Made by a program: the position numbers and the translations under genes. A stretch of DNA of 64,000 nucleotides from Octopus bimaculoides (lineage: Eukaryota): the NCBI RefSeq assembly GCF_001194135.2, contig NC_068990.1, positions 65,335,214 through 65,399,213 on the forward strand. The letters are read 5' to 3'. This document shows positions 49,945-63,713 of this stretch, piece after piece (within the stretch, counting starts at the first letter, position 1; every line of letters begins with the position of its first letter). Below the pieces are notes generated by a model, which was not told the DNA's origin, ran no database searches, and worked only from the letters and a program-made list of their open reading frames with translations.

Positions 49945-52335
49945 GTTTTTGTGTGTGACAGATGCACAGGGGCAATAAACACTGCAGATGTACAGAAAAC
50001 AGATTCCATCACATGCCAGGGGGAGAAACTAGAAGTAGTTAATAGCTTCTGCTACCTAGACGACCAAGTCTGTAGTGGGGGTGGTTGCTCTGAGAGTGTA
50101 GTGTCTAGAACAAGAATAGCCTCTTGCTCAAGATAAAATGTAGACTATATGATGCATGTGAGCGAACTGCCATGTTACATGGCAGTGAAACATGGGCCAT
50201 GACTGCTGAGGACATGCATAGGCTTGAAAGATATGAAGCTAGTACAATCCACTAGATGTCAGTGTGCATATACGAGTGTAAGTGCCCTGAGAGAAAAGTT
50301 GGGCATAAGAAGTAATCAAATGTGGTGTGCAAGAGAAATGACTGCTGGTATGGTCATGTGTTATGGATGAGGACAGCTGCGTAAGGAAGTGCCATTCCCC
50401 AACTGTGGAAGGAACCTGTGAAAGAGGTAGACCCAGAAAGACATGGGATGAGGTGGTGAAGCATGACCTTTGAACACTGGAATTCACAAAGGCAATGACA
50501 GGAGACTGAGACCTTTCGAGATATGCTTTGATAGAGAAAACCTGGCAACTAAAGTGAGACTGCAGCCACGCATGTCTGGTCCAGTTAAGAGTACACCTGA
50601 TGCGTTGTGCAATATGATATGCTTGAGAAGACTTGTTGAGTCCAATAAAACCAATATTTTAGCTGTGTCCAGTGCCCCCGAACTGTCTCCTGTGCCGGTG
50701 ACATGTATCAGGTCATCCCATAAGTTCTGTCCAATTTTACCTTTTTCAAAATTGAATGAAGTTTAATAGTATTTTAGAATGTCTAATGGAATTAAAAATT
50801 ATTTTTATGCATTTGTGTACATTTAAACTAATTAAATATTATTTTACAGAATAATAGAATTAAAATTTCTTTGATTAAACCCATTTCTAACATGGAAGTA
50901 TCCAAAGAGCATTTGAGGCACATAATGCTTTATGAGTAAAAAAAGAAACTCTGCAGCCGAAGTGACTTGAATCATACACTCAGTTTATGGGAAAGAATGC
51001 TTGAATGAAAAAACTTGCAGAAGATGGTTTGCAAAATTCAGAAGTGGAGATTTCAGAAGATGAAGATTGAACAGGATGTCCAGTTGAGTTTGATAAGCTC
51101 CTTGAGGCATTACTTGAAGAAAATCCTACATTTTCAGTTGAAGAATTGGCAATAAAGCTTAGTTCAAACCATAAAACTGTTCATCGTCATCTTCAACGAC
51201 TTGGAAAACGGGTGCCTCATGAATTGTCCGAAAGCAACCGCAAATCCCGAGTTGACATCTGCTCTTCTCTCCATTCTTGTGAACTCATTTCACCCTTTTT
51301 GGATAGACTTGTAACCGGTGATGAAAAATGTATCTTCTATCGAAATGTTAACCATCATAAACTGTGGCTTGGTAAAAGGGAAAAAGCTCAACCACAACCG
51401 AGAAGGGAACTTCATGGGAAAAAGGTTCTTCTCTCTATCTGGTGGGATTGCAAAGGAGTAATTCACTTTGAATTGTTACCACCCAATGCAACAATCAATG
51501 CTCAATTCTACTGTCAGCAATTGGAGCGTTTGAATCAAGCTTTGAAGGAAAAAAGACTCACTTTAGTGAATCAAAAGGGAGTGATGTTTCATCAGGACAA
51601 TGCATGACCCCACACTGCAAAGATCACCTCACAGAAGATTGAAGAATTTGATTGTGAAAAAATTCCTCATCCACCTTATTCTCCCTACCTTGCTCCTTCA
51701 GACTACCATTTGTTTCGCAGTTTACAGAATCATTTGTGAGACATAACTTTTGCAAGCCAGGAGGAGGTTGAAAATGACATTTCAGAGTTCTTCACTTTGA
51801 AACCAAAAGAGTTTTACATTGATGGGATTAAAAAGCTTGTAAGTAGATGGAAGGAAGTCATAGATAACCAGGGAAAGTACATTGATGATTAAATTTCAAT
51901 TAAATATAACATTTGATCACTTGTTTTCTTTATTTAAAATTTGGACAAATCTTATAGGATGACCTGATAAAAAGCACCATCTGAATGTAGTCGATGCCAG
52001 GTCTGCCTGACTGGCTCCCATGCCGGTGGCATGTAAAAAGCACTATCTGAATGTGGCTGATGCTAGTACCCCCTGACTGGCCTTCATGCTGGCGGCACGT
52101 AAAAAGCACTATCTGAATGTGATCGATGCTAGGCCCGCCTGACTGGCTCCTGTGCTGGTGGCACATAAAAAGCACCCACTACATTCTCGGAGTGGTTGGC
52201 ATTAGGAAGGGCATCCAGCTGTAGAAACATTGCTAGATCAGATTGGAACCTGGTGCAGCCGCTGGCTCTCCAGACCTTCATCAAACCGTCCAACCCATGC
52301 TAGCCTGGAAAATGGACGTTAAATGATGATGGTGA
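49945..52335 (+). mobile_element. RTE LINE 3' fragment interrupted by a mariner element
   Basis: GEKLEVVNSFCYLDDQV..GGGCSESV, HGSETWAMT. The 3' UTR resumes after 51969 and ends in a (GAT)n-like tail. Confidence 0.8.
50708..51967 (+). mobile_element. Full-length mariner (DD34D) transposon, inactive
   Basis: TIRs tcaggtcatcccataagttctgtccaatttt / aaaatttggacaaatcttataggatgacctga, TA TSD. Motifs VTGDEK, IWWD.KG, HQDNA*PH, HPPYSPYLAPSDYHLF, with 34 residues between the second and third D. Confidence 0.92.
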
Positions 52336-52895
52336 TATATTGTCTGCAAAATATATGATGAAATATCCATCGCGGCTGATCTTACCAATTGGTTTCGCAT
52401 AAAGTATACAATGGAGTGTTAGGTAACAATCCAATTATACAACTTTACACTCATCAAAGTTATCTGATATGGAAGGGAATATGGTGACTGCCCTTTATTG
52501 TTTCTGAGACGAATATATATAAATAGAGTTATTAATAAAGGAAAATACTTCACAATCTCTCTCTTAATACAAATACACCAGGCAAACAAAATATTTTCAG
52601 ATTGGTATAGAATTCCTGGCAATCCTAAGGCAATATCCAAAGTCAAAGTCTATCACCAATTGATTTTACAAATCCATGGTTGCATTCCCCAATTCAAATG
52701 GTCTTTTACACTGAGTGATATACAGGAGAAGGCATACATAATGGCCTTTACATGATTATTTGTGCATCTTTGGATTACAGCTGTTTCTGATATGCATTAT
52801 GGGTATGTTCATGGTTCTGTTTACTCAATCAGTCAATAGATTGACTGAACAAATTGAATGTCCTTAAGAAAAGCTATCAGGAATCCATGTACAGA

Positions 52896-52941
<46 letters not shown>

Positions 52942-53689
52942 NNNNNNNNNNATAGATGTGTGTGTGTGTGTGTGTGCGTGCAGCAGCAGCAGCAGTAGTA
53001 GTAGTTTTTAATGAATTTAAACTGGGTGGTATCAAAACAAAAAATGAATAATTGGCAAAAATTACCTTGGGATGCTTGCTGCATGGAACCTTAATAACCA
53101 AGTGGACAGAAGCCAAACTTGATACAGTAAGTTAGTAAATTTTAGTGATAAGAACAAACATATTCTAAGTGGCTAACTCTGGTCAAAATAAGAAAGGGAG
53201 ACAACCTGAAATTTCAGTTAATTCAAATTAATTACATACATAATGAAATGGGCGACCATTTGATAACTCCTGGTATATTAGAATTTATTAGTGGAGCATA
53301 ATATAACTGTGACTTCAATATTTTAAAATGGTGAGGGATGATGTTTTTTTTCTCTCATGAGTGAATATGAAGTGATTATAAAAAAAATGACTCGGGTTGT
53401 TTACTGTTAGAAGATTAAACACAAATGAAGTTGCTTGCATACTTCACAGATTAAACCAAGAAATCTGAATTAATTTTAATTAATTCAAACTCAGGTGGAC
53501 TAATTATAATTGATGTAGGGATCTTAATGATTGTTTTTAAATGACAAAACTTGTGAAAAAAAAAAAGCAAGAGATAAGATGAAACTTTAATTAACTAAAA
53601 GTAATTAAATAGGAAATTCAGTAGTAAGTGTACAGGTAGTTCACCAAAAGTCAGTTCTCAGCCCCTTCTTGTTCACCATAATACTCCAG

Positions 53690-54410
53690 GCTATTAAAGA
53701 GGAATTTAAGACTGGTTGCCCTAGGGAACTGCTCTATGCTGATGACCTTGTTTTTATACTGAATCACTACCTGAACAAGAGAAGAAATTTCAGGTGTGGA
53801 AGTAAGGTCTAGAATCCAAGGGACTTAAGAGTTAATTTAGTAAAGACAAAAGCCATGTGAGTAGGAAAACAGATAAATCACTGATCCTTTCAGGGAGATG
53901 GCCCTGCTTAATATGTAGAAAAGGTGTTGGTAGAAACTCAATATGGTGTACCCAATGCAAGCTATGGACACATAAGAGGTGCAGTGGTATCATGGGAAGG
54001 TTAACAGAGAAAGTAGTTTTTGTGTGTGGCAGCTGTGCAAGTACAATAAACACTAAGAATATACAGAAAATAAACTCCCTCAAATATCTGTAGTTGATAG
54101 TTGAAGTAGAAGATATAGTTTCTATTACTTAGGTAACCAAGTTAACAGTAGAGAAAGATGCTCTGAAAGCATAGTTGCTTGAATAAGAACTCGCTGGGTA
54201 AAGTTCTGAGAGCTACTACCTTTGTTGACAACAAAGGGCCTCTCCCTCAGAGTGAAAGGTAGAGTGTATGCATGTGTAGAAATAGCTATGTTACATGACA
54301 ATGAAACATGGACATGTGAAGGCTTGAACGAAATGAAGCTTGCATGCTCTGCTGGATGTGCAATGCTAGTGTGCATGTATGACTGAAAGTAAATGATTTA
54401 AGAGAACATT
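53690..54410 (+). mobile_element. RTE LINE fragment (YADD plus PHD-like finger)
   Basis: FKTGCPRELLYADDL, GLESKGLRVN..KTK, WPCLICRKGVGRNSIWCTQCKLWTHKRCSG. Confidence 0.88.
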
Positions 54411-54473
54411 TTTTTTCTAAATGACCAATTCTAATGAGAAAAGTAGAGCCACAATTCAAAATAACTAAATATG

Positions 54474-54652
54474 GTTCTATATTTAAGAGATGAGGAATTA
54501 TGTACATTATTTACATTATTTACATTTGACAGATATTTGTCCTCATCTTGTTTGTTGTTAACACAACGTTTTGGCTGATATACCCTCCAGCCTTCATCAG
54601 GTGTCTTGGGGAAATTTCGAACCTAGGTTCTCATTCCTAAGGTATTTTTCGA

Positions 54653-54743
<91 letters not shown>

Positions 54744-55148
54744 TAGGCCACTGCTTGGAATCAAACTCGGAATCTTGGGGTTAGTAGCCTGTACTAGTTA
54801 GTTGCCCATGGGCAATCATGGAGTGAATTTTAGGGCTTATAAATCTAATATTTTCCTATCCTTGGGAACTGGTATTAAGGAAGGATAGGAAAATATTAGA
54901 ATTATAAGCCCTAAAATTCGCTCCATAATTGCCCATGGGCATATGGCATAGTGGTTAAGAGCATGGGCTACTAACCTCAACATTCTGAGTTCGATTCCAG
55001 GCAGTGACCTGAATAATAATAATAATAATACCTTAGGAATGAGAAGCCAGGTTCAAAATTTCCCCAAGACATATGAAGGCTGGAGGGTATATCAGCTGAA
55101 ATGTGTTAACAACAAACAAAATATCCAAAATACCAAATGTAAATAATG
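54474..55148. mobile_element. Foldback element: two inverted tRNA-head + (AAT)n + Penelope-like tail units around an inner palindrome
   Basis: Outer arms ~54520-54790 and ~54960-55148 are reverse complements. Inner arms are 54802-54863 and 54880-54940. A/B boxes tggcatagtgg / gagttcgattcc lie at 54945-55000. Confidence 0.8.
54560..54605 (-). ncRNA. Degenerate minimal type I hammerhead ribozyme motif
   Basis: Minus strand: GACAC-CTGATGA-A-GGCTG(gagggtatat)CAGCC-AAAA-C/GT-T-GTGTT. Stems I and II pair; the conserved GAAA reads AAAA. Confidence 0.6.
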
Positions 55149-56131
55149 AATATGGGTTGCAATGGGGAATAAAACTAATATTTATCATTATGTTGACCTC
55201 CTCCTNNNNNNNNNNCCTCCCTCCTTCTGGATATCATCTTTAGCAGTATATTGACAATTTCAGATATGTTTCAGTTTAATCAGTAAAGCATAGTTTCACT
55301 GTAATTAATAAATCTAAGAACGATAGAAGATATATAATTTATTTATGAGTGAATACTAAGTGTTCTAATAACTTAGAATGACTGAGAAAAATTACCAAGG
55401 AGTGTCTACTGCATGAAAAGTTAAACAGTTAAGTGGGTATGAGTATGCTTGATGTTGTAAGCCAAGAAAGTTTTACGTAAATTGAAATTCACAACAATGG
55501 TGACAAGAAAAAAAATTACTTTCAAAACTAGTAAATTTGATGGAAAAAAAAAAAGAAGTCAGCCTGAAATTTTGAATCAATTTAATTAAATTAGGAATGT
55601 ATCTAGAATTGAGTCTGATCTCTATCTGTAAAATGAGGATTCTAGACATGCTGTGGTCTCATTTTAACTATGACAGATAGTCTTAGAAGGACTTGAAATA
55701 AATAGTTATTTCATGGATCATACAAAATGGCATAATAAGTTAAAAGAGAATACCAGGACAAATTACCATGGGAGCCTATGCAAGAAAATTTAATTAATCA
55801 AAATGGCAACATTTATAATGAGAAACATAATTTTCTAAATGACTAAACTTAGTCAAAAATGAAATTGGAACAATTAGAAATTACTTAAAATATTTTAGAA
55901 TTCACTAGATATTAATTACAGTGATGAGAATGTTTGATCCTTTGCAGTGCAATGGCAATCCCAAACATGCAATTAATCTTATTAGATTTTATCTGAGATA
56001 CAAGGTTTAATTATGACTAAAAGACTTAGCTAATAAGAAACTATTTATTTATTTTGCTGTTAATGAACATTGAATGACATAATAAATAGAATGACCAGCA
56101 AAAAATTATCAAGATACACATGCTGCATGAA

Positions 56132-56539
56132 CAGTGCTGGATTAAATCATTAGGCAAGCAAAAAAATAAGCACGTGCTTAGGGCATCAAGGGAAGCAGGG
56201 GCACCGTAGAAATGGTAAATAGTTTACAGCACAAAAGAAATTACTTTAAACTTGCTAAAATAATATTTGTATTGCTTTATATGAATTGGTTTGTGGTGTC
56301 ATAGGGAGTATCTGGTCAAAGACTTTGCATTTAGAAAAAGGAGCAGGAAACTTTTCAAATATAAATAAAGTGGAAGTATACAAAAACAGACATTATTTTC
56401 CATCTTACTGTTAGTTTTGTTGCATTTTGAAAAATAAAAAATTATTTTATGGTTTAATACTGTTTATATTTTGAATTATATATGGGGGCACCAAAATCTT
56501 TTAAAGCTTAGGGCCTCAATAGGTTTTAATCTGACCCTG
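56132..56539. mobile_element. hAT-type MITE with 8-bp TSD
   Basis: TIRs cagtgctggattaa / ttaatctgaccctg, TSD tgcatgaa at 56124-56131 and 56540-56547. Confidence 0.88.
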
Positions 56540-57654
56540 TGCATGAAGACTTAATTGTAATGTGAGCACAAACATTTTCTGATATAGCAAGCTTGCAACG
56601 TTTAATAAATTAAAATTACAATTTCACTGTATTGTTTATGAAGAAATAAAAGATGCTTGTGAAGAAAGAATAAAATACAAAATAAGATTCACCTTATACA
56701 TATTAGAATAACTGAACCAACACATATAGAGAAGCAACATGTTATATAGAAAGCAGAAAGAGAGATATTGAGCTGGAGAAGTGACAATTTTTTGTTGCTA
56801 AATTTCAATAGGGACAGATGATTTAAGGGAACATAAAAGGATACTACTGAATTTAATTATGTAAGATGTGAGAAATTTAATACAAATCATCAGTCAAAAT
56901 TAGTTGGTGGGCAGCATCATAATTGAGTGTTAAAAAAGAGGATAAAATATATTATGAATTTTTAGGTACAAAAAGGGAAAGCTGCATTATGTTTGAGATG
57001 ACATGGCACTGTGACACTTTCTTTGCTGAAATTGTAGTGCATATACAGAGCAAGGTGGCTTGAAAATATTTGGGCTAAATATGCAGAAAGAGAGGATTGA
57101 AGATTAATATAAAAATGTAGTGAAAGAATATAAAATAAATTTGTCTTCAAAATTGAAAACATTTTCTTCAACTTTGTATTCCATGCTTTCTCCAAGGTTT
57201 GGCACAAAATGAAATGTTGAATGTAAATATAAATAAAACATTTATATAAAATAGTATTTACCTTTGAACATCATTCTGTTGTGTGATCTGTAACTGAGCT
57301 AATTAAAAAAAAAAATTTTCTTTGTTTTATGGAAAAATATTAATGATGTTATTATCTATCTCATTAAAATGAATCAAAGACTAAATGTTCATCACTGATT
57401 GGTAGTGTTTGTGTACAAAGTTAAAAAGTCGCTGATAATGATATCGATAACATTAAAATACCTTACTATCATTACCCTAATTTAATCTTTATTTTTATTT
57501 TTATTTTTGCATAGAATAGAAAGGTGTCAATCTTAAATGTATCTAGGATGTATTATTTTCAGAATCTAATAAACAAAATAATAGTCTGAACCTAGTAAAG
57601 GATTGGGGTAAAAATTTAAAGTTCAGTAGGATACATTTCAGTCTATTTCAGCTT

Positions 57655-57830
57655 TCTAAGGTGGTGAATTGGCAGTCATTAGCATGTTGGACAGAATAAC
57701 TTGTAATACTTGTTCTATTTCCCTGTGCTTTAGGTTCAAATCCCACCAAGAACAACTTTACCTTTCATCTTTTCTGTGTTGATGAAAAAGTACCACTCCT
57801 GAGTGGTGGATTAGTAGGGGTGGGTGAAAT
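57655..57830 (+). mobile_element. Degenerate SINE (family of 45930-46145)
   Basis: ggcagtcattagcatg...ttaggttcaaatccc...actttacctttcatc...gatgaaaaagtacc. Confidence 0.55.
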
Positions 57831-58749
57831 GTTATGTATCATCTGTTCAGATTGTGAACAAACAGCAAAATCTGAAATGGCACTAAAGTGATGGCCTTTC
57901 TTCTCAATAAACATCAGCAGTGTGGAGAAAGGAAACTTGACCTGCATGTACAGCAAGAGAGAGGAAACCTGGTTCACATGTACAAATGCTAGCCTCCCTC
58001 AAAAATCTTGCCTAGACTTACACATACATGTACAAATGTACGATTGACATTGATCAATGGAGGCCCCATAATTCAGTCTTCAATATTTCAAAGGTGATAA
58101 ATGTGGTAAGCTGGCTGTCAGGAAGGTACATCATACAACTCCAGAATCTTTCAGAGTACATCTCAGTCTACTGGGTCAAATGCCTTATGGAGGTCAACAT
58201 AAAATGCTTGACTTTTCCAAGTTGGATCCATGTTCTCTTCTCTGAGGATCCATCTAGCTGAGGTGATGGCTTGTGTTGGTCAGCCACATACTTCATGGTC
58301 ACAAAACATAAGGAAATATCTCATGGAGATGGAACTGACTTGGACACTGCTCAGAGGATTGCTCAGGATGACCCAAACAAATACTGACAAATGGTGGATA
58401 CGGTGACATGCTGCAATGGTGCATGCCTTCATATCTTACCTGACGTGCACCTCTTGTTATCACTAAACAGAGCCTATACATCTTTGCAACAAAATGAAAT
58501 ACATGGCAACACAGCTACATGTACAATACATAAGGTTACTATTCAATATTTCTCTTTCTCTCTCTCCCTTTGGAAACAATCAGCTGTGGTTTGATCAGGA
58601 GAGAAAAGTGCTCTGCCAGGTTTCAATTGTCTCAAACACTCTGTATATCATGCATATATCATGACTAGTGGTATCCTAATGTAGATACTACGGGGCTTCA
58701 CTACAGCACATGGACTTCAAAGAATGTATAGAATATTATACATATAGAT

Positions 58750-60510
<1,761 letters not shown>

Positions 60511-60803
60511 TAATGATTTCCCTGGGGATTTGAGAAAATTTATTTCCTGTGTTCTTAGTGTCTATTGTTCCTGCACATCACCCACACTCACAGACTACTT
60601 TCTCTGTTAACCATGCGTCCATTGGTCAGACACAATTTGTTGAGGCAAATTTTCTATGGCTTGAATATTGTATCTTTAACCAACCTTGACTTCTTTCCAG
60701 GCAGGGTAATATTTATCCATGGCCGGGAAAAACTGCTTGTATGACAGGGACATTCATTTACAATAATCACGTAAAGGGAGACATAAACACACACACACGC
60801 TCA

Positions 60804-60847
<44 letters not shown>

Positions 60848-61099
60848 TGTGTGCGCACGCTGGGCTTCTTTTGATGTATGCCTATTAAATCCAATCACAA
60901 GGCTTTTGTGGGACCAGAACAATAATAGAAAATACTGATAAGAAAGGAGATGGTAGACTTTGAAAGTGATATTTTAAGTCTGTTTTGTGGAAAGTTTTTT
61001 TTTTGCTGATACAGATCGTAGATGTAGAGCTGGAGTAGTTGTGTAACAAAGTCTGGAGAGTTGTGAATTGTTTTGAGTATGATGTTAGCAACAAGAAGT

Positions 61100-63550
61100 C
61101 TAGTTTCTGCTTAACTCTCAATTCTCTTTACCGTCAGCGGCGTGAGATGGGCAAGGCGCCCTGCCTAGCAATGTGTAGAGACTATTAGATGTTGATGAAT
61201 AAGAATATCACGATTATAATGTGCTACCCCACACTACACCACGCTACACCAAGCAATATCGCGATAGATAGGTTATTGTAATCAATTATAACCTCCCCCT
61301 CCATATTTCTCGCTTATCAATCAAGCAGACCCTTACATATTCAGTTTAGTATTTGGATTTGATTATCATGCAATTTTACGCTAACTAGGTAATCTTTGAC
61401 AAAATTAAATTTTCGTTCTGTTGGTTAATAAAAATATCATATTTAATATTCCATTTTTTAAAAAAAGATATTAAGATTTTTAGTGTTTATGATACAAAAT
61501 ATATTCATGAGGAATTTTTTAACATTTAAAATAAATATAAAACTATTTAATAGTTTAAGAATAGAAGTTAAGAACGAAACATTAGAGATGGAAAAAACCC
61601 CCCAAAGGTTCTAATTAATCAAAAAGTATAACAAGAGATAGCCACCAGTAATTCATGTCTGCCCCCGAGAAGAACGAAAGTGGGCGTGCAGATTAGTTCG
61701 TGGCAATTACATTAAATATAGCTATACCAAAGGACTGTTTTGCAAGCCAGAGCTACCATGGTGATATCTAGTTTTCATGTAAGAACTTTCTGTCTCTATG
61801 TCTAAACAGCTAATGAATTAGAGGGAAAAAGAGGAAGGAAAAAAACCTCATGAAATATGTATTTTGAACAATGAACTAGTTTCTGTTTTCTATCTTCTCT
61901 GTTCATTTGTAACTTCGTACAAGGGTGAACTTAACATAACTGACACGTGTCTAGAGTTACACCGCGCTGATGTTTCCCCAGAAGTTTGAAATAGTGTTAT
62001 TTATGGTTACTAAGACCACAGGAAAAATTAAATTTAAGGACTATATTTTATTTTTTATAAAAATGAAAGAATTAAAAGATGTTTAGGTTACGTATTAAAT
62101 ATACAAGATCTTCAAATTTGTCTGAGAAGAAATTCTCTCGTCTTCGAGGACATATTTCCTGCCAGGGGTAAATCATTGTCTGAGAAATGAGCCCCGTGAG
62201 GTGGAGTGTATGTTGTAGTGAGTGTCACTGGCCATTCTCCGAGCCAACGCCATTGCGGTCATGTTCGTAGGGCGTGGCTGAACACGCCATTTGTTTTGGG
62301 ATGTACTCCTATGCTCCATCATCTGCTGCTTAATCTCACACTTTATTTTTTCCTTTTCTTTGTTTCCTTGAAATTAAATTGTGATTCAATCTTTATGTAA
62401 ACAAAATTTTGTATTAATTTATTGTAGAATAGCACGAGTTCCTCCCCCTTAGGTTGTATATCAAATTCATTTGGTGATGCAGAATTTTTAATTGAAACCT
62501 ACTTAAGTCATCTTTCTCTTTTGTCTTTCTGTGGACCATAAAATATAGCCCCGTGTGTCATTTTTGCCACTCGAACGGTGGTCCATTGTCGACTCGAATA
62601 CTACCGTTGCCCGCTGAATAAAGGATGTCGTTAGTTATGTAAAAACTAACACTTCCTTTTTCCGAGCTGAGATTCGAAACCGAATCTAAGGATTCTCGCT
62701 CGTCTGATCCACCACCGACCAAACAGGCACGAAAGAAATTTTTTTGTCCTGTCAAAAAATGATGGATTGTTTCCCTTCGACCTTCGACCTCAGCCGTGTC
62801 ATTTAAGGCTCAAGTGGACAGGAGGCGACTTACAAAGGTAGGAATTTCTCCTGTGGTATATCTGTCCTTCTAGCTGTCACGACCATTATAAATACAGCAA
62901 TCCGTCAAGGGACAGACAGTCAGAGATAGACGGAGAGAGAGATAGCCAGCCAGTAGCTTCATCAGTTAAACAGGCAACACATCCAGATATTCAAACATGA
63001 ACGACAATCGCAGTCGCAGAACATAAACAGACACCACTGAATGACCAACGCACACACAGACACAAAACATGTCCGGTTCTACCCTATCGTATCAACACAG
63101 TATTTACCCTGTTAATTTCTTCGCCAGCTCGAAGCAGTTGGTAACGTGATGTAGTGAAATATTTGGTGTATACAACAAGTAAATGCAAGTGTCGTTTAAA
63201 TAAATTATTTAAAATACAACCCGATGCTTTTCCATTGTTTTACTTTGAAGTCGTCCACATACCTATTTCATCTGCTACCTCAACATCTTTTACTACACCT
63301 TTTCTACTACAGTTATGCGAACGTCTGTCTTCCGTAAGAATAGACGCAATAGATTGTAGTGTGGTAGCTGTTCAAGCAAACAAGTGTCTCCCAACAATAT
63401 CTCGAATCTTTTATTAATGATGATTTTTGTCTCGTACCTTTTCGAATGAGTGGGCACTTACGAGGTTGAAGCTTTCTTCTTATCATCGGACAGCAATGAA
63501 GTTAATTTAAGCAGGTTGAAACCTGTAAGGAATTGGATGGGGTGGAGTGG
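61100..63550. promoter_or_regulatory. CpG-retaining, TE-poor region: candidate promoter/5' regulatory DNA
   Basis: CpG occurs on most lines here but is nearly absent over long intronic stretches to the left. TATAAATA at 62887-62894, E-box palindrome GACACGTGTC at 61942-61951, possible minus-strand donors near 61130 and 61346. Function is not demonstrated. Confidence 0.4.
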
Positions 63551-63671
63551 GAAGGTAGAGTAGGAGTGTGTNNNNNNNNNNNNNNNNNNNNNNNNNNNNN
63601 NNNNNNNNNNNNNNNNNNNNNNNNNNNNNNNNNNNNNNNNNNNNNNNNNNNNNNNNNNNNNNNNNNNNNNN

Positions 63672-63713
<42 letters not shown>

